A DNA stretch of 63,915 bases, counting the filler. It is 10 parts of 10 records of this genome, joined end to end, with 100 filler letters (N's around TTAATTAATTAA, not from the genome) between each part and the next. Parts side by side here need not be neighbours in the genome. Positions count along the whole stretch, not along the records: positions 56,219 to 59,869 come from SRR7504441_3710; positions 59,970 to 63,915 come from SRR7504441_3731; 8 more parts are not named here. One strand, written 5' to 3'. The notes under the pieces are model-generated. The model made no database searches. It saw only the letters and a program-made list of their open reading frames with translations, and was not told the origin of the DNA. Within the stretch, counting starts at the first letter, position 1; every line of letters starts with the position of its first letter. This document shows positions 58,563 through 63,915 of this stretch, in pieces. The translations under genes and the position numbers were made by a program.

Positions 58563-59869
58563 TTATAAATCCAACCTCCGTCGCGTCCCAGAGCCATCGC
58601 AAATCTGGCTGGATCGACACACCACCACCTTGGAGCCCGGCGCACACCACTGTCCGCAGCCATGCTCCGCCGCAAACTCCTCCAACGCGCTGGACCGGCT
58701 CCGCCAGCCCTCTACCTGTGCCGGGCTGACAGTGCACAGCTTCCTGCACCACAAAGCGCTCACTGGCGGGGCTTGCGGGTGGTAGGTCGCACCGGCAGTT
58801 GTGCGGCACGCACCAGGCGCACTCGACAAACCACCAGGTAGCGAACATTTCTCCGATGGTCAGGTCCGCCAGCCCTGCCACCGCAGTGCACTCCTGAATC
58901 GACCCCGTGTCCACGTAACTGCATCGGTCCGGTGTCACACATCAACGGAATCACAACGGCACCTGGCTGACTTCTGGTCGTAGCTCATCCCAAAATGCGA
59001 CAGCGAGGCGCAGTAGACGCACTGAGGGTCCAGACCATCGTAATACCTACCCGAGCAAGCTTCAGTCGAAACACCGTCGAAACGAGACAACACCTCATCT
59101 CGCAATCATCAAACAGCTTATCGCAGCTCGAGCACATCCCGAACTCACCGCACTGATCCTCCGGCGGATGATGCTCGCACTCCCACACCACCCTGCCCCC
59201 TCGCTCAGCCAGAGGGCTTGCCACCACCACCTGGCTGGCCGGACCCCGCTCCCTCGCTGCCCGCCCCAAAGCACCAGCCGCCTCTTGGTCCGCCCACACG
59301 CCGCGCACTCCTGTGCCCCGGACCGGTCCAGCAGCACCCTCATCCCGTCGGACAGCTCCACCGCCGGCCGGCCGTTGGCAAGCCGGTCCAGCGCGTCGAG
59401 CACCCTCACGTCCGGCTCGTGAGACCACGGCTCGCCAACGGACCGGAGCGACCTTGTCCGGTCCAGATTGAGACGTTGAAGCTCCGGGAGCGCCAACGGA
59501 CTTGCCAGGAGGTCCAGCACCGCCCGAGCGTCCACCGATCGACAGCCCTGGAGCGACAGTGAAGCCAGCCGCCCGCAATGACCGACCGCCGCGCTTGCAC
59601 TGCCCGCCGCTCGCACCAGGGCCGGGCAGGGGCGGGGCACCAGGCGGCCGTGAGGTTGGGGCAGCCGATCAGGGAGAGTCCGTTGAGCCTGGATGACGTC
59701 CCGGCCAGGATCAAATCGAGCGAGTGGTCGGTGGCCTGAGACAGCCCGTACAACTTGATCGTGCGGGTCGAGCCGAGCAGCTTGGGCCGGCGGGCGAAGA
59801 AGGCCACTGACAGGCTCGGGGCCTCCCGGCCGAGCTCGAGCCGCGGCCACATGTAGGCCGAGGAGGCGA
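58563..59869 (-). CDS. Leucine-rich-repeat (FBXL-like) protein with Cys-rich C-terminus, probably 5'-truncated
   Basis: LRR units LNGLSLIGCPNLT, LASLSLQGCRSVD and LQRLNLDRT; CxxC clusters in downstream exons. Confidence 0.6.
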
Positions 59870-59969
59870 NNNNNNNNNNNNNNNNNNNNNNNNNNNNNNN
59901 NNNNNNNNNNNNNTTAATTAATTAANNNNNNNNNNNNNNNNNNNNNNNNNNNNNNNNNNNNNNNNNNNN

Positions 59970-62900
59970 GGATGGTCACCCTGCACCGTCTCGCTCTCGG
60001 CCACAGTCTTGCCAAGCATCGAGACTGGCCAGCTGGTGGGCCGCTCCATGTTCCTTGAGTACTCGCGGTCCACAAACTTCTCGATCTCGATCTGCTGATC
60101 CCTCCGGGCCTGGACCTCCTTCTCTTGCTCCTGCTCTTGCTCGCGCTCCTGCTCTGTATCGAGCGTGGTCGAAGAGGTCTCAAGCAGGGCGAACAGGCCA
60201 ACCTCTGTCAGCACGGCTTGTCCAGTCTCGTTCTCCTCGACTGTTCGGACGAATGCGGCGTGCTTCTCAAGCATGTTCCGCAGTCGCTGGTCGAATGGGA
60301 CCGGGTCGGGCACAGCAGCTTCAAGTGAGAAGTCGATGGGCTCCTCAAACACTCTCAGGCTGCCAGCCTGGTTATACTCGAGCACCACAGGCTCAGCCGG
60401 CTCCTCGGCAGCTGCTTCGTTCTCAGCAGCGGCAGCAGGCTCGGCAGCAGGTTCGGCTGCATCCTCGTCGTGACTCTCGCTATGCTCATTGAAATCTTTG
60501 ATGAGCATTCTGAAGGCGTTCTTCCGGTAAATGTTGGCCACGTTCTGAATGCAAAGCATCGACCACTGCATCTGCTCGGTTCGCATCGAATTGATCACAA
60601 GCCATGCGACCACGTCCTCGAGCATGCAATCAGCCTCTGGATCCTCCTGCTGGGCAGGGCTTCGCTCGATCTGGCGATCCATCAGCCTCTGCACCTCAGG
60701 AATCACAAACAGATGGATCTTCTGTCCTGCTGCGATCTGACGCATACGGAATGCGCCTTGGACATAGTCGCGGAAAACCATGTCTTTGCCCAGAGTGAGC
60801 ACAGCAGTGGCGTTCACCACGTGTTTAATGTCCATCCCCGTGGTGTGGATCTGATCGTAGAATGCAAAACGTCGCTCTAGCGGCACCCCGCACTGATCGT
60901 TGTCAACCACCCGGCCTGTGGCTCTCACGAGCACCTTCTGCTGGTCTTCGTCGTTCAAGAAAACAACCCCATCGCACCAGGGCAGCCCAAGCTCGAGCAG
61001 CTTGGCTGCGACCTCGTAGTTCGAGTATCCAGTGATCAGCGCGCCCGTGTCGATCAGCGCATGGTAATCTCCATCTGATATGCGCTGCAGCAGCATCTCG
61101 ACCGTCCATCCATCCGGTAGCGCTTCGTGTGAGACAATATCGGGCCGGAGCATGGTGGTGAGCATCTTGCCGTCGTCTCCTGTCTCGTAGTCGCACTTGC
61201 CTAATTCAAGCGGCAGCAAGTCACTTGGAGTCCCAGAGAACCCGACACGCTTGCCCACCAGTGCGTCGCCGCCCACCTCCTGCCCGCTGGCAGACAGCTT
61301 GACCCTCTGGGCCCGAGTGTACTCAGGGTAGATGAACCTGTTGAGGTAGTAGTGGATGGCAAGCGGCTGCATCCGCCACAGCTCGAACAGCTTGTCCATT
61401 TGCTCCTTGTTCGAGTTCTGGAGATATTTGAGCGCCACCACCTCCTTGGCCAGATCCTGCCCGCAAAATTCAATCCCAACCACAGCCCCCAGCTCACCTC
61501 CTCCTCCTCCTCCTCCTCTGCAGCCGGTTCGTCTAGCTTGGAAATCTTGCCTCTAATCCGGCCGCCAGAAGCATACACCCACGCCTCGTGTCGCAGGCAC
61601 GAAGGCCGCTCCGATGCAGGCCCGACTTCGTGTGCAAACTCTGTGGTCATTGCATCAATCAGGTCTGTAAAGTCCTGCCGACGGATTCCGGAGTAGCGAT
61701 AGGCCAGCACAGTCACGCCGATGATCACATCTGCCCGCCCAGTTAACAAAACAAACACAGCCATTTAGAGCACCAGGATGGGCGAACTCTGACGACCGAG
61801 AAGGCACATCCTTCCCAAGGAATGGCACTGCCAGCTTGACTCTAGAGCGCGGCACGTTCGGGTCCTCTTCGAGCACAGCAGTGCACTCACTGTCGTTGAG
61901 CAGTCCAAAGGAGACTCGGTTGACCTTGACCAGGCAATGAGGCATGAACGTGTCGAGCCAGTCGTGGCACAAGTTGAGCAATTTCTTCTGCATCGGGGAT
62001 GCAATCAGCGCCATCACCTTGGCCGCCAGCGACATCTGTTTCAGCTGGCGAAGCTCCATGTGGATCTGACCGTATGCTTTGTTCAGCTTGCCCGCTAGTC
62101 CCGTGATCTGCTCCGTGCTCCCCACACAGTCTGATAGCTTGCGCGGCGACGCCTCCGGCTGCTTATGCGTCATGTGATGCTTGATAAGGGCGATTGCCTT
62201 GGCCGCGTCCCGCCCGCCAGAAGGGTTCAGTGGAATCTCAGCTGCAGCCGGGCTGGCAGGCAGCCGGGCTGCAGCATCAGACATGCAGCCCTCAAGCTCG
62301 GCTATGCGCCTGTCGATTGACTCAGCGAGAGACTTTTGCATCTTCATTGCCGACTCAGTACGCTCCCGCCGAAGCTGTTCCTCCTTGTGCAGGATGGTTG
62401 CCTTGTTCGCCTCCACTTCCTCCAGATCCTCACGCAGCTGCTCAAGCTGGCGCGAGCCCTGACTCTGCGTCCGCACCAGCCCAGCGGTATCCGACTGTAA
62501 AGATGGGGCTTCCTCCTCCTCCTCCCAGTCAGGGATACCGCTGATGAGCTGCTGCACATGCTGAGCTTCGTAGAGCACTGGCACCTTGAGCTTCCAGATG
62601 TCCACCCGCTGCTCCACCTCGATCTTGCTCTCGCCGCCATAGACCACGGCCCTGCTTGTGGGGAGTGGGTCGTACTGCTTGGCAAACTCGGTCTCTTCAC
62701 TGAGCAATTCCTCGAGCATATCAAGAGCGTCGTCTTCGAAACCAGAGTCCCCAATAGCCCAGGCGCCCCGCCGACCATCGGGACAGTTGTGCCCGTTGTG
62801 GTGCCCGTAGTCCTGGCCACATACCACGCAGTTGCCGCTGTGATAGTCCTCGCAGCTTGGACCGCACCGCTCCAGGTTTTCACCGCCGCCAACCACCACA

Positions 62901-63915
62901 CACCGCAGGCGGCCAGCCACCTGGAGTGGATGAACCCGCTCTTTGACCTCGTCGATTGAACCGCACCGGACCACAGTCATGCCCATCTCCTCCAGCATCG
63001 AGCACATAGCGTGCACCTGCGAAATGGCCCCAGTGTTCTCGCCAGTGGCCTGACCGAAAGTCTGGGCGTACCAAACAATTACTGAGTTGTCCAGCGAGCT
63101 GTCGTGCGGAGTCTCGAGCTCTTCAATCTTGTGGTTGATCTCCGTAATCTTGAGCTGGATGCTGGCCAGCTCGGTGGCCCCCGAGCTCAGGCTTCGCTCG
63201 AACTGCTCGTCCAGGCTGTAGATCTCGTGGATCAAGTTGAACTGCTCCTCCGATGCCTCAAGCGCCGCCCGTAGCTCGACCAGCTGAGTCTGCAGGTACT
63301 CTGTGGTGCCCTGCTCCTCCGCCAGCGACGAGTTGGCTCGCATCAGCTGAGCACCCTTCTCCTCGATCTCTTGCACAAGGTGAGACCCACTCCTGACCAG
63401 TCCTGGCGTGGGCTCAGGCTCGTCCGGTATCTCGCCGAGCGTAACACGCACTCGCTTTATCTCCTGACTAATCAGGTTGATCTTGGTGGCGCCCTCGGAC
63501 TTGGCTGCAGCCCCCTCCAGCACATACTGTACAGCCTCGTCGCGGGTTATCCCGTGCAGGTGCTGCTTCTGCAGCCAGAGGTAGGACCACTCGGCCAGCA
63601 CGGGCTTGATTTGCTCGTGATAGAACTCCTTGTTCAGCAGCTGGATGTGCGGCAGCCGCTGGAGCGACTTGGTCTCGAATCCTTGCTCGATCGCCGCTGC
63701 CAGCCGCTGCAGGATCAGCAGCGCTGTACCTTGCTGCTCAAAGCATGAAATCTTGCCGGTCTCGGCGAAGAAGATCGCGTCCATGAGGTGGATCGGCAGC
63801 CCCCACCGCTCGCCGTTGTCTGAGGCGTCCAGGTCAAACTTGTCGCCACATGGGAAATTGAGCTCGGATTTGAGCGGCTGCCACACCAACACTCATGCTT
63901 ATGCCTAGCTAGCAC
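59970..63915 (-). CDS. Large DUF3638/DUF3645-type helicase-like protein, internal fragment
   Basis: LAVPFLGKDVPSRSSEFAHPDV, LSASGQEVGG, GFSGTPSDLLP, ALIDTGALITG, FAFYDQIHTTGMDIK, QGAFRMR, EQEREQEQEQEKEV. Confidence 0.75.

Noticed and set aside
1-63915. Genome-wide stop-codon reassignment
   Set aside because: TAA, TAG and TGA all terminate conserved genes, and other apparent in-frame stops fall in small introns. Only TGA 57289 needs recoding, and it has a SECIS.

Overview
Eukaryotic (protist-like) genomic DNA, not prokaryotic. Ten unrelated contigs are joined by artificial 100-nt linkers (44 N + TTAATTAATTAA + 44 N), so adjacency across linkers means nothing. Genes are densely packed, mostly in head-to-head pairs with start codons about 45-200 bp apart. 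Most are interrupted by tiny spliceosomal introns (mostly 35-47 nt, frequently GC-AG), so the six-frame ORF track fragments them; I spliced genes by hand. Genes recognised from sequence motifs: an SDR, a TTL-family ligase, an RluA-type pseudouridine synthase, chorismate mutase, STRIP/Far11, a DnaJ membrane protein, COA5/Pet191, pICln, two PPEF phosphatases, NDUFA13, Ubc7/UBE2G, Derlin, a peroxisomal HSD17B4-type dehydrogenase, a mitochondrial dicarboxylate carrier, a PhyH dioxygenase, a TMC/OSCA-like channel, a class II CPD photolyase and a DUF3638-type giant protein. Most notable observations: (1) a GST with an in-frame UGA at the catalytic Cys position plus a clear type II SECIS (selenoprotein); (2) a secreted SURNod19/Cu-monooxygenase-like protein with an inserted rubredoxin; (3) a photolyase with RPA32-binding-like and PIP-like termini; (4) recurring 9-bp direct repeats with short, often TA, spacers in intergenic DNA; (5) an eIF4E-like/TM/SET fusion; (6) an ER-targeted TTL-like ligase. 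All family calls are from motif recognition only; no database searches were run.
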